In this document: positions 47,854 through 60,449 of the stretch, one piece after another
How the letters are laid out: each line of letters opens with the position of its first letter
Numbering within the stretch: the stretch's first letter is position 1
Assembly: GCF_030144855.1 (NCBI RefSeq)
Contig: NC_082706.1
Span: 104,904,001-104,968,000 of the forward strand
Origin: Hypanus sabinus
Lineage: Eukaryota
Reading direction: 5' to 3'
DNA length: 64,000 nucleotides
Notes under the pieces: generated by a model
Database searches by the model: none
Seen by the model: the letters and a program-made list of their open reading frames with translations, nothing else
Told to the model about the DNA's origin: nothing
Made by a program: the position numbers and the translations under genes

Positions 47854-48276
47854 TGTTGGATTCTAATATTTTTGAACCTAAGTTCTTTTGAAAGTCAAAA
47901 AAGAGGTAGGAAACTTGTTCTTTCATGATTATTTCATTAAGTGTTAAGAGAATAAGGAGGAGATCAGAAAGGAAGAGTAATGAGAGTCTAAATACAAAGA
48001 AGGAAGGAAAGATAAAGAAAAAGATAACGATCCAACATGCTCTGCCCTCCTTATACTCTAGATAACAGACAATCCATTCAAATTTGTAGATAAGAGTTCA
48101 TCAACAAGATAGCCCCAATCAAATATTGCAATACCTGAGGCATTTCCAGAAAGAGACATAACTGTAACCGTTAGGGGACACACTGAACAATTGCATCTAC
48201 ATTGGTAATTACGGGGATATAAGTGGGCATGGGAAAGTTAAAGTGCAAAAAAAAAATTATACAGTCTAATCCAACA
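47854..48276 (-). repeat. ERV 5' LTR
   Basis: TGTTGGAT...ATCCAACA inverted termini; TATA-like AGTATAA on the minus strand near 48051-48057. Confidence 0.92.
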
Positions 48277-48565
48277 GACTAGAAATGGTGGTCATAGGTA
48301 AAGGGTAAAAGGTGAAATATTTAGGAGGAACATGAGGGGGAACCTCTTCACTCAGGGCAGTACAAGTATGGAACAAGCTGTCAGCAGATGTAGTGTATGT
48401 GTACTTGTTGCAACATTTAGGGGAAGTTTAGATAAGTACATGAATGGGAAGGGTATGGAGGGCTATAGTGCAGGTGAGGGACAATGGGACTGGGTAGAAA
48501 AACAGTTTCACACAAAACAGATGGGCTGAGTGGTCTTTTTCTGTGCTGTAGTGCTCTATGACTTT
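48277..48565 (+). mobile_element. CR1 3' fragment, right part
   Basis: Continues the CR1 sequence broken at 40390 (GACTAGA..GGTCATAGG..GGTGAAATATTTAGG..CTTCACTCAG) to the 3' tail. Confidence 0.8.
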
Positions 48566-49796
48566 ACAATGAGGCAATAAGGAGAAAGTGCAGTGCAGAT
48601 AGACAAATGAAATGCAAGGACATGGTGATGTAGATTGGAAGATCAAGAGTTCATTGTTTAGAGAGTCTGATAACAATGGGACAGAAGCTGTCCTTGAGCC
48701 TGCGGTATGTGCCTTCAAGCTTTTGTATCCTTACCTGGTGAGGGAGTGGAGAGCAGAAAATGAAGGAAGGAAAATCAAGGAAGGAGTCCTTGATTACGTT
48801 GACTGTTTTCCTGAGGCAGTGGGAAGCATAGATTTTATAGAGGAGAGGATGTTTTGCTGAGTTTCAGAGGCTTGGTGACTTCTTGGGTTTTAAGAAGTTC
48901 AAGGGATATGAGATTAGTGCAGGAGGTAAAAAATCAGCCATGGTCTGAATGAATGTTGGAGTAGGCACATTGGCCCAGAGGTCTGGCTGCTGATTTATTC
49001 CTTGTGAATGTCACTACTGAAATACTGACCTATCTGTTCTACTTTGCAAAGCTGTTAACCTTCTAATATCTTACCAAAATTGTTTGGCAGAATCTTACAG
49101 AGCTCAGGGCAAACTTTTCTGTCTAATCAACATTTAAGAATTGTTTGAGAATGGAAAATTCTCTACTCTTTTTCAGTCATTTTGATAAATCATTTTGTAG
49201 ATTTAAGAAATCTTCAGAGAATCCATGAACAATTCCCTCCTTGGTTCTATGGAGTGCAATAAGATCTTTCACTGCAATTTTATAATGGTTATATTTGAAA
49301 GCTGCTAGTCCCTGGGGATATTTTTAATATTCTCTAAAAAATTAATTCGACATATTTTAAATTATATACTAGTTCTGTATCCTGTAAGATATTGCCAGAA
49401 AAGAAGCTGGGAGGACATTTTATATGTGAATAATTAATTGCTGCAAAGCTTTGTGTAAGAGATATTAATAGTGTTTGACTTGGGTTTTGCATGCCCCTGG
49501 AAAACTGATGCATACTCAAAACCATAGTATCTACTCACATTTCTTTTTCAAGCATATTTGTTGAAATAACATTGATCAATGGAACTGTACAAGAATACAA
49601 AAACACTGATAAACCTGTGGTTAGTTCGGAGAGAAACTTTTAACTAATTTTAGAAAGTATATTGAAATTAGAGAGAGCATACTGTACAACTTTTCAAGAT
49701 ATTGACCATCAAATGTTCAAATGTTGTTCCTCAGTTAAATGTATTGATGTTAAATTTGGAAAGATTTTAGAATGGAGATACTTGTACACTCTAGAG

Positions 49797-50470
49797 CAAC
49801 TTTTCTCAACCTTTTTGCCCTGAAGGAACCCTTGAAACAATTTTCAGGCCTCTGGGAACCCCTATGTAAACATTTATTATATCTAGAGCTCACATTACAT
49901 TAGTATGGTTAGTGCGCACATTTGTAAGTTGTTTGCCACAGACAAGGCACAATGGAATAGGACAACTTGGATCACCAGTCCATGTAAAATCCATTCATAA
50001 GTAGCTTTCGTTATAAAGACAGACTTTTTTGTGTCCGTTGTTGCCCTAGTGCAGTAAAATAACTCAGAAGATTGTAATTCTTCATTATTAACCTTATCAG
50101 AATTATCTGTAGGCTGAGGGCTAGAATCCTCCTCTTCAAAAATCACCTTATTGGATTGTCTTTAAAACAAAAATTTCCTTCCAATTTTCTACTACACTGG
50201 TAGAGCTTGTTCTCTCCCATAAGTCAGTAGGTAGCATGTAAGGGAAAGTTGGGGGAGTTAATTTGGGAGGGAGTGAACTCAACCAAATAAAGGTGGTCCC
50301 ACTGTGCAAAAGACCTTTAACGAGATTGTTAATGGGGCTGCTTGCTCACTGCCCACCACTGCAAGTGCTAGCATTGCGCATCATGTGAAGTTCAATAAAC
50401 AATTTTTTTAATCACAATTCCTTGTGGAACTCCTAGTGACCTCTTGCTGAACCCCGGTTGAGAAGCCCTG
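49797..50470. mobile_element. hAT (Charlie/Buster-type) MITE
   Basis: TIR-like ends CAACTTTTCTCAACC / GGTTGAGAAGCCCTG; 8-bp TSD CTCTAGAG / CTCTACAG; subterminal GGAACCC repeats. Confidence 0.8.
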
Positions 50471-50927
50471 CTCTACAGGTTAAAGATACGTCCTTTAGAT
50501 ATATACTCTGTTCTCCTTTGCATGTTTCTGACAGAATCTTTATTCACTTTATTCACTTTATTTCTAGGTAGTTTATTCTAGATTACAACTCACCACTGCT
50601 TAGAAACATCTTTCTGTGACTGAAATAGTTCATTTTTCTGTATCCTCTGCTGATTGAACCTCCTACAAATGTAAACATTTTCACCTCCACTTTTGAGCTT
50701 TTTAACTAAATTACATTTTTCTGGTTGCCCTGAGACCTGACCTCTCACACTGTGCATTGTTCATTCAGAGCAGCAGTTCATGTGACATGTAAAGTACCTT
50801 AAAACCACTATACAACAGTGAAATTAATGTAGGTGTCTGCCTCATTGGCCACATCTTGGGTTTGTTAACAATGAATCCACACTTTGGAAAGTCTGATCAC
50901 CTAGCTGTACATTTTCTCCCAACGCAT

Positions 50928-51017
50928 AGACTAAAGACCACAGACCAAAGACTAAAGACCACAGACCAAAGACTAAAGACCACAGACTAAAGACTAAAGA
51001 CAAAGACTAAAGACCAC
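50928..51017 (+). repeat. Compound 7/21-bp tandem repeat (AGACTAA/AGACCAC/AGACCAA)
   Basis: About 13 heptamer units, visible directly. Confidence 0.9.
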
Positions 51018-52099
51018 AGCACCAGTGGGGAAGACGAAGAGGATGTAGTCAAGGGAGGCAGAGGAATGTTTACAGTACTGGTTTGGGTTAAGAACTGGGC
51101 AATATTCAGGGATTCATCTTCAAGTCTGAAGGAAGTTGTCACTGATTTAATCAAGACCTGTCTGGATGACTGTGTGCCTTCGAGAACAGACCAGATATAC
51201 CCAAACCAAAAACTGTGGATAAACCAGGAGATTTATAGCCTGCTGAGGGCTAGATTCATGTAATTTAAAACCATTTATCTAAAATGATACAAGACATCCA
51301 GCTACAACCTATGGAAAGCTATTTTAAGGGCAACAAAACAACTCCTGATTGAGGTTAGAGATGGAATTGAATGCATGTCTGCTCTGGCAAGGTTTAAGGA
51401 TACTTCCTACAAAGCAAAATTAACATCATGAATGGCTGTGTTGTTTCACTCCCAGATGAGCTCCACACCTTTTAGAGAGAATAAAACTTCATCTGGGCAA
51501 ATCCCGGCAGCATGTGGTGACTCCGTGATCTCTGTCTTGGAGACTGACACCAGAATGTCTTTCAAGAGAGTGAAACTTGCAAGTCGTCAGGCCCTGATGT
51601 GTAGCTGGTAGGGCTGTAAAAACCAGTGCCAACTAATTGGCAGGTGTGTTCAAGGATATCCTCAGACTCTTATTACTGCAGTGTGAGGTACCCACCTGCT
51701 TCAAAAGGTCGACAATGTAGTGTCCAAGAAAAGCAGGTGAGCTGTTTCAATGACCATTGCCAGGTGACATTCACATCTACTGTGATGAAGCACTTTGAGA
51801 GGTGGTTCTTGGCTAGAATCAACTCCTGCCTAAGCATAGACCTGGACCTGATGCAATTTACCTATTGCCATAATAGATGTACAGTGGCAGCATTCATCAT
51901 TAAGGACCCCCATCATCTAGGACATCTCCTCTCCTCATTGCTACCATCAAGGAGAAGGTGCAGGAGCCTGAAGGCATACATTCAGTGTTTCAGGAACAGC
52001 TTCTTCCCCTTCACCATCAGATTTCTCAATGGACTAAGAACCCATGAACACTACCTTACTATTTTTCCCCTCTCTCTTTTTGTCCTACTTGTTTAATTT

Positions 52100-52153
<54 letters not shown>
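52100..52153. repeat. (TA)n(TG)n microsatellite
   Basis: Direct reading. Confidence 0.95.
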
Positions 52154-52154
<1 letters not shown>

Positions 52155-52299
52155 TAATAAAATAATTATTGTAAGTTAAAGTTTTTATTATTATCTATTG
52201 TAATGTACTGTTGCCACAAAACAACAAGTTTCATGACATACTATATGCAGGTGAGAATAGACACAATTTTGATTCTGAACCTATTGTTAACAGTAAACT

Positions 52300-54565
52300 C
52301 AAGCATTCACTGATATCTTCAACCTCTCACTTCAGCAGTCTAGGTACCCACCTGCTTCAAGCAGGCTTCAATTATACCGGTGCACAACAATAATGTGGCA
52401 ACCTGCCTCCATGATTATCATCTAACAGTACTAACATCCACTGTGATGAAATGCTTTGAAAGGTTTGTGATGAAACATATCAACTCCTGCCTGATGAGTG
52501 ACTTGGATCCAATCCAACTTGCCTACCGTCACAACAGTTTGATATCAGATGCCATCTCATTGGCTCTTCACTCAACTCTGGAACATCTGGACAGTGAAGA
52601 TGCATACATCAAAATACTCTTCATTGAATATAGTTCTGCATTAAATACTATCATCCCCTCAAAATTAATCAATAAACTCTTAGTCCTCAATATCTGCTCG
52701 TGCAACTAGATCCTTGATTTTCTCATTTGCAGACCCCAGTCATTTCAGATTGGCAACAGCATCTCCTCTATGATTTCAATCAGCACAGATACACAATAAG
52801 ACTGTGTGCTTAGCTCCCTGCTCTACTCACTTTATACTTACAACTGTAAGGCTAAGCACAGCTCCAATGCCATGTTTAATTTAGTGACATCACCACTGTC
52901 ATTGGCCGAATTAAAGGTGGTGATGAATTGGTATATGAGAGGGAGATTGGAAATTTGGCTGAATGGTGCCTGAACAACCTCTTTCAATGTCAGAATTAGA
53001 ATCAGTTTTAAATCACTGGCGTATGTCATAAAAAAGAGAAAAACTACTTGGTTTCACTGGTTCATTGTCCATTCTGATGGTGGAGGGGAGGAATCTGTTT
53101 CTGAAGCATTGAGTACGTGTCTTCAAGTTTTGTATCTCATTCTTTATAGCAGCAATGAGAATAGGGCATGTCCTGGGTAATGGGTCCTTAATGACACATC
53201 CCACCTTTTTGAGGCATTGCCTACCCCTTGACCATACCTTCTTGGTCCTCACCACTGATACTGTGGTTTTTACTCTCTGCTGGGAGTAGAATTACAGCCA
53301 GGTGATTGAACATCCCAAAGTGTGGGTGTGGGATGGTACATTGAGCTTTCTTGATGGTGGTATAACTGTGGTCAAATGTGTTGGCTCCTCTGGTTTCACA
53401 GGAAATATGTTGGTGGTAGTTGTTCAGAGACTTCTTCAAGCTGTCCTGGTTTAAATCTCTTGCAATGACAGGGAAGGTATAAGGGTGTGCAGTTTCATGC
53501 CTGCTGATTATGTTGCCCAGCTCCTCCAGTGCCTGCCTGATGTTTGCCTTCCCACTACTGGGATGGCAGCAGAAAACTCCATCAACAAATCAAATGGAGA
53601 ATATTTAACTGCTGGATATTTCGGATCAGGTGAGCGAGACGGAGACAGATCTGCCACTTTTGTGCATCTCGATGAGTTAATCATAACGCATACACCAGCT
53701 CCTCTCCCTTTAAAAGACTGAGCTGTCTTGTCTTTGTGGAGAATGATGAAGACATTGGGCTAAGTGCTGTGCTCAATGGCTACACCAAGGCAAGACCAAG
53801 GAGCTGATTATTGACTACAGGAGGAAGAAACCAGAGGTCCATGAGCCAGTCATCATTGGGGGATCAGAGGTGGAGACGGTCAACATCTTTAAATTCCCCG
53901 GCATTATCATTTCAGTGATCTGTCCTGGGCCCAGTACTTAAGTGCCGTTACAAAGAAAGCATGACAGTGCCCTTACTTTCTTAGAAGTTTGTGAAGATTT
54001 TGCATGTCTTCTAAAATTTTGACAAACTTTTACAGATGTGCTGTGGAGGGTATACTGACTGGTTGCGTCATGCCCCGGTATGGAAACACCAATGCCCTTG
54101 AACAGAAAAGCCTACAAAATGTAGTGTATATAGCCCAGTCAATTATGAATAAAGCCCTCCCCACCATCGAGCACATGTACAAGAAGCATTGTTGCAGGGG
54201 AACTCCATCCATCATCAAGGATGCCCACCATGCAGGCAATGCTCTCTTCTCACTGTTGCCATCATGAAGGAAGTACAGGAGTTACAGTTATTACCTCAAC
54301 CACTAGAGAGGATAACTTCACTTAACTTCACTCACCAGCACTAAATTATTCCCACGACCTATGTTTTTGATATTTATTATTACTGTATTTGTTTTGTATT
54401 TGCGGTTTGTGGTCTTTTGCATATGGGTTGTTTGTCTTTGGGTGCAGTTTTTCATGACTGTATGGTGTTTCTTTGTATCTACTGTGAATGTCTACAAGAA
54501 ATGAATCTTGGGGATGTACACAGTAACATATATGTACTTTGATAATACATTTACTTTGAACTTTA
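52300..54565 (+). mobile_element. Rex1/Babar LINE interrupted by an antisense Rex copy (~52993-53720)
   Basis: LTSTVMKCFER..DPIQLAYR..LHSTLEHLD; resumes at KTKELIIDYR (~53790) and NFYRCAVEGILTGC; the minus-strand piece encodes TRGANTFDHSYT..HFG.FNH. Confidence 0.8.
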
Positions 54566-57500
54566 AATAAAGGTTTATAGGTTATTTCTATTTCTACAAT
54601 TTTGTTGACTTACTTTCTCAGATTATTTTACAATCCCATTAATAGGTTATTGCAGGTATTGGGAATGGATGATTAATCCATAAAGCACAGAAGTTTATTA
54701 AACCATCATTGTTAATGAATTTTTCTGCTTCTTTACTGGTCAGTTGACTTTCTCCATTTCAACATCAACTCACAATCCATTTTACAAGCAAGTAAAATGG
54801 TTGCCCTTGAATTTGCTGTAAAGTCATACAAGTTAATAGAAATCTAACCTGAACAGATTGGCAGAGGTGGAAGGGATAGTAGTACTAGTAAATGACTCTG
54901 GGTGTTAAATGCCCAGGGTTTCCTCCCAGGCCTCCACAAGTGTTGCTATGGTATTGATATTTTGGATGATTTGTTCCCTCACACAGGAATCATTCCATTC
55001 CTGTGAATGGAAATGCTCACAATCTGAAGAGTCAGTTCAACACATTCTGCTTAATTTTTCATTTTGATGTTTAATATATTTTTCATACCAAAAAGATAGC
55101 ATTTTGAAATTCATTTTCTTGTTTCCTAATTCCAGCAGAAGGTGATTAATGTAAAACATTAACTCTCAATAGATGCTACTTGACCTGCTGAGCATATTCT
55201 GTTACTTTTTTAGTATCCAGTCACCATGGCTGAAATTGCAAGGATTGATCTGACTGCTTGTAGCTGCTGTATGTATTAAGAGTTGAGTGAGGTGGTCACA
55301 CGAGACCAGTACAAGCAGGTGAGTGTGGCCGGAAGTCCTCATTGTGAAGGTACAGTTTCCCTCTTTGGTAAGTTGCTCTCTTCTGGTGTCTAATTGCTCA
55401 AGACAAACTAAGAACATAAAAAATCAGAGGCAGGAGAGGGGCAACAGACCACCCATATTACAAAAACAAATCCTTTATTTAGTTGCAGTGAATACAAAAA
55501 GAAATCAAAGAAATTATAGACTTGCTAACCCAACACTTCTGCCAAAATATTGGAGTCCATAATTAAGAACATACTTTAAGTTTCTATGAGGAACTGGAGC
55601 AGAGAGTCACCATACAATTATAAAAATGCCATGTCCATCAAACTAATTCAATTTTTGATCTAATCATCATTTTATTTGGGAGGAATGTCTGGGTCATCGA
55701 ACAAGAGATAATGTAAGAATATGGCTGAGTAATCTATGATGGAGGGCTATGTCCTTTTAGGATGGAGTGCAGGTATCCCCTTTAAGCACTATATTCAAAT
55801 TGTGCTGCTACATCTTCACAATAACAACCAAATAGCAATGAGATGACGACAGTATAACTTTTTATTGATGTTGACTGATCAATATGGATGAAATTCACCC
55901 AGTAGCTGGAGTTCTTCCACATTTAATTTGGGGATATTCCCAAAAATACACTTTTGAGCAATTTTGTTGTGTAGGGATATCATTGTCAGTTGTTGATGTG
56001 TAATCTTATGTCGAAGGTGTGGATGCAGATATCCAGTTTCATTTTTTCATTCCTCCATTTATTCTTTCTTATAACAAGCACCAAAAATAGCAGCTGAGAA
56101 TAGGAAAACCCCCATAAACTACAATTTGTATTAATTACAGGAAGTGAATCAGGTCTAAACATGCTAGCTATTGAGATAATGTTATAACCAGCAAGAATTA
56201 CTGTAATGAGTAGCTGTATTCCTGTATATAATTTGCATAGCTTTATTGTCCTCAACTCCAAGCATGTCTGTACTTGTAATCCAAAAGTGAATTAGCTGAA
56301 TCTATTGTGTGACAACTCAAGATCCTACAGTATTATAAACAGAGATTGCTGGACATGCTCACAGGTCTGGCAGCATCTACAGAGAGGATTACCTCAGGGA
56401 TCATTCTACAGAGCAGTGAAAAATTTTACAGAACGTGTTTTATGCAGGTGCGAACACAGGGAAAAGGGGAGGTAAGAGCAAAAGAAAAGATCTATAATAG
56501 GCTTGAAGGTAGAAGAAAATTAAGTATGATCGTAAATATGAAGCAAATCTGTATTATATGGATATACAATTAAGATAAAGAAATATTATATTTACAAGGT
56601 ATAGGAAGTTCAAAATCTGTTCAATCAAGTCAGTACTTTTGGAAAAGAAAGTAAAGGACAAAGTTTATCTGATTTATGCCAGCAAGCTCCTACTTGGACC
56701 CATTCAGTTTTTTATTTTGGTTCAGGGATAAATGCTGGACACAGAACTCTAGAGAGAAAAAAACTACTCTTCTTCAAAATAATTCTATTGGGGTCTTTTT
56801 ATAATTACCTGAAAGGACTGACCAGGTCACCATTTAACATTATTCCTTACAGATGTACTTTTAGATTGAAAAAGAAGAAAACAACTCTAGGTGGAAAAAA
56901 ATTACAGATGCTGTTATTCTGAAACAGAAATGGAAAATGCTGGAGATACTCAACAGGTCTTACAGCATCTGTGGAGATAGAAACAGAGTTAAGATTTGTG
57001 GTCAATGTTTGTTTGGAACATAACTTATTAAGTTCTGTTCTCAGAAAGCTAACCCCTTTTTTGACCAAGAAGTCATAGATCTATGTCTTGTAATTTGGAG
57101 CAAAGCTAGGAACAAAGGAGGTTCAGATATTGATTTCCTATGAAATCAAAGTGATGCCTATCACTTTAATTCTCCTCACATGCTCACTTGGATCTTTCTG
57201 CACTATTTTAAGAAAACCCAGTGTAACTTGAGGAATGGCACCTCATCTTCAGTCCAGAGAGCTGCAAACTTCAAACTCAATAGTGATTTCCACAATTTTA
57301 GGTGACTTGCCCATTTTTGTTTTGTCCTTATCTGGACTGACTAATTCTGCTGTAATATTAACTCAGATTTACCCTTTCCATTTAGACTGTCAGATTTGCT
57401 GGTCATTTTCCCTACAATTCTGACCTGCATTTCAGAGCTTTTACATGTTAGAAATACTCAACATGTCTGCAATTGCGAAAAGAGAAACAGAATTAATATT

Positions 57501-58236
57501 TCAGGTTGGAGGTCTTTAATCAGAATGAAGAATTGCTTCTTTTGTTTTGAGCTGAAACATTATTTTTCTCTCTCCATAGATATTGTCTGATCTGTTGAGT
57601 GTTTCCAGCAATTTTCTGATTTTATTTTGATATAAAAAGTCTTCCCAAGTTCAACAATTTTAGTTTTAGTTACTTCTATTTTAACATCCACCAGGAAAAA
57701 GAAATTAATTTTTTGATTGACTCATCCTCTGGGCTTAGCTTTTGCTTTATCTCTTCTCCCAATCCCTGCCACATTGCATGATTTTTCTTTTTGTTAATTC
57801 ATCTTCCCAGCATCTATCCTGTCCCAGATCTTTCTGTTTGTTTTGTGCTTACTTCTCACTAGTCCTTGTTCATTTAAGAGACATTGTTTTATGCACTTTG
57901 TCAGTAATTGCAGCTTAAATATTGCTTGATATTAATCAAAGATACTTGAATACACAGTCCATTGATTAAAAACACGCAGTGCATGTGCAGAGGGTATTTG
58001 TTTCTCTGCCTTTGCCTTGCCTTGTCTGTATCTCATCTCTGACTCAGCAGCTCAAGCACGTCTGTGAAGGAAAAGGAATTGTCAACATCTTGCAAGCCCT
58101 GCATCAAGATAGCAAAAATGTTCTGCTTTTATTCAGATGGGTAAAATCTACAGTGCTTGACTCTTGAATGATGTGCTTAAAGCATTCTCTACTTGCAGTA
58201 TTCAGAAGCTGAAAGGATTGGGAACCGTGGGACAGC

Positions 58237-58303
58237 ATGGTTGGCTGGCTCATGCCCTGGAGCCTGCTGATATCTCTCCATCTCTGCTCATGGCAGTTGG
58301 CAG
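58237..58303 (+). CDS. PKHD1L1: PKHD1L1 (fibrocystin-L) exon 1, signal peptide
   Basis: MVGWLMPWSLLISLHLCSWQLA; donor CAG|GTGAGC; phase 1 fits the next exon. Assigned by position, hydrophobicity and phase. Confidence 0.75.
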
Positions 58304-58357
58304 GTGAGCACAGAATCTTACCTGTCTTTGTGTAGCAAGTGTTGTCCAAACATAGCA

Positions 58358-58640
58358 GGTGGCACTGTAGTGTAGTGGTTAGCACAATGCTTTGCAGTAC
58401 AGGCAACCCAGGTTCAATTCCCACCGCTGCCCGTAAGGAGTTTGTACGTTCTCCCCGTGACCACATGAGTTTCCTCCGGGTGCTCTGGTTTCCTCCCACA
58501 GTCCAAAGATATACTGGTTGGTAGGTTAATTGGTCATTACAAACTGTCCCATGATTAGGCTAGGATTAAATCAGCAGATTGCTGGGCAACTTGGCTCGAA
58601 GGGCTAGAAGGGCCTGTTGTGTACCATATCACAATAACAT
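58358..58640 (+). mobile_element. tRNA-derived V-SINE (HE1-like)
   Basis: A-box TAGTGTAGTGG (58368-58378), B-box GGTTCAATTCC (58411-58421) and V-core GTTTCCTCCGGGTGCTCTGGTTTCCTCCCACAGTCCAAAGA. Confidence 0.85.
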
Positions 58641-58719
58641 TTTAAAAATCTCATATTTATTGAGTGTCAAGCTGCACTCTTATCAAGGCAATACTAAATG
58701 TTTATTGAAGGATGTATCC

Positions 58720-59268
58720 TATAGATGTGAGGTTGAAAGTGTATTGACTGGCTTCATACAGGAACATCAATGCCTTTGAGTGGAAAATCCTACAAAAGTT
58801 AGTGGATTTGGCCCAGTACGTAACAGGTACAACCCTCCCAACCATAGAGCACATCTACATGAAATGTTGTAGAAAAGCAGCCTCTATTATTAAAGATCCT
58901 CACAACCCAGGCCATGCTGCTGCCATCAGGTAGAAGGTACAGGTGCCTCAGGACTCATACCACCAGCTTCAAGAACAGTTACAACCCCTCAGCCATCAGG
59001 CTCTTGAACAAAAGTGGTTAACTACACTCATTCTATTTCTGGTGTTCCAACAACCAGTGATCTCACTTTAAGAACTCTTTAACTTGTTATTTCATGCTCT
59101 CGTTATTTATTGCTATGTATTTATATTTACATTTGCACAGTTCTTTGCTCATTGATCCTGTTTACTATAGATTTGCTAAGTTTGGCTACAGGAAAAAGAA
59201 ACACAGAGTTGTATGTAGTGACATGTACATTTGTACGTAGTCTGGTAATAAATATTAGTTTGAGCTTT
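58720..59268 (+). mobile_element. Rex1/Babar 3' fragment
   Basis: Homologous to the reverse complement of 16900-17130; LPSGRRYRCLRTHTTSFKNSY. Confidence 0.8.
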
Positions 59269-59680
59269 TATTAACTACTGTCTCTCTCCATATGTATCTT
59301 TTCCCTATTCCGCACCCCACTTTATCTAACTTATCATCTGCTCATCTCTGTTTCGAATTCGCCTCTTCCTCTATAAATTTCCTCTCTCTCTTTCTCACTC
59401 TCACCCTCCCCTTCTGTCTCTTCGTCGTCATTCTTCCCATTTTATTTCCTATTTTGTCCATCTCTGTTTAACTTCTGTATAATTTTCTCAGTAACTGTAA
59501 CACAGCTGTATATTCTGCATTCTGTTTTGCTTTTGAACAATGTACTTATGTAGAAGATCTGTCTGGATTGTACACAAACAATAGCTTTTCACTGTATTTC
59601 AGCACGAGACAATAATAAACTAATATCACTGCCCTTTTTTTTAACTTTCCCTGTGTATTGACATACTTATTTTTTTATAG

Positions 59681-59767
59681 GTTCCCAAGTTGCTCCAAAA
59701 GTTTTTAGCGTCAATCCTAACTATGGAAGCCAGAATGGAGCAACAAGGCTGACAATCAAAGGGCAAG
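59681..59767 (+). CDS. PKHD1L1: PKHD1L1 exon 2 (IPT/TIG domain 1)
   Basis: TTATAG|GSQVAPKVFSVNPNYGSQNGATRLTIKGQ|GTAAGA. Confidence 0.95.
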
Positions 59768-59849
59768 GTAAGAAGAGTCTCTTCTTTCTCATTGAGTTAG
59801 CTTATGCCCCTGTCCCACTGCTTCTCATCCACTATGGATGTCTTGGCAG

Positions 59850-59994
59850 GATTCTCAGTGGGGCATCAATTTGACTTTGGAGCAGAAGATGAAAGGTTGG
59901 GCAACAACGTGCAGCTGGTATCGGATACCAGGTCCATCCCCTGCGATGTGGAGAGGGAATCCAGCCATGAAACACAGATTATCTGTTACACCAG
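59850..59994 (+). CDS. PKHD1L1: PKHD1L1 exon 3
   Basis: GFSVGHQFDFGAEDERLGNNVQLVSDTRSIPCDVERESSHETQIICYTR; 145 nt; AG/GT boundaries. Confidence 0.96.
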
Positions 59995-60449
59995 GTACTT
60001 GACGTCAACTCATTAGAGTGACTTGACTCACTCTGCAAATATGGAACAAGAAAATAGTTTAGTTGAGACATAGTAGACTGCAGATGCTGGAATCTGGAGC
60101 AACAAAGAATCAAACAAAGGAACTCGGGTGGGGGGAGGTGCCAAGGACCATCTGTGGAGGAAAACAATTGGCAATACTTTGGGTCAGAAAACTGCATCAG
60201 GATAGTGAGTGGAGTATCTTATGCCAAGACTCACTATGAGATCTTGTGGCCAAGCCTCAAGCAATCTTTAACTTAGACCAGTAGGAAGACAATCTCTCTT
60301 AAATCTGTGGGACTGCTCCTCGAGGTACAAATCTTATCTTGCATAAACTCAGTAGTAACTTAGGGTGCTGCAGGTTGAAATTGCAAATATAGGTTTGTTT
60401 ATTATTGTCACATATACCAAGCCGCACTGAAAAACATTGTTTTGCCTGC

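Larger units (their letters stand above)
40391..48276 (-). mobile_element. Endogenous retrovirus, decayed provirus (LTR-PBS-gag-pol-env-PPT-LTR)
   Basis: Two homologous ~410-bp LTRs with TGTTGGAT...ATCCAACA termini; 4-bp TSD GACT (40387-40390, 48277-48280); RT, IN and env remnants all on the minus strand. Confidence 0.93.
50876..52280 (+). mobile_element. Rex1/Babar LINE, internally deleted
   Basis: FGKSDH, YPNQKLWI, TSTVMKHFER..DLDLMQF, joined directly to IIKDPHH..LLPSRRR.RSL. Confidence 0.85.

Noticed and set aside
40391-48276. Calling the ERV a true foamy virus
   Set aside because: Only the RT motif is foamy-like; the PBS is Ser rather than Lys, IN and env are class-I-like, the LTRs are short, and there is no accessory-gene region.
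50928-51017. CRISPR-like array
   Set aside because: No unique spacers and a eukaryotic context; it is a simple tandem repeat.
57148-57167. 8-bp hairpin AAAGTGAT-gcct-ATCACTTT
   Set aside because: Short and AT-rich; expected by chance in 64 kb.
58358-58430. tRNA gene
   Set aside because: A and B boxes are present but run straight into the V-SINE core; it is a SINE head.
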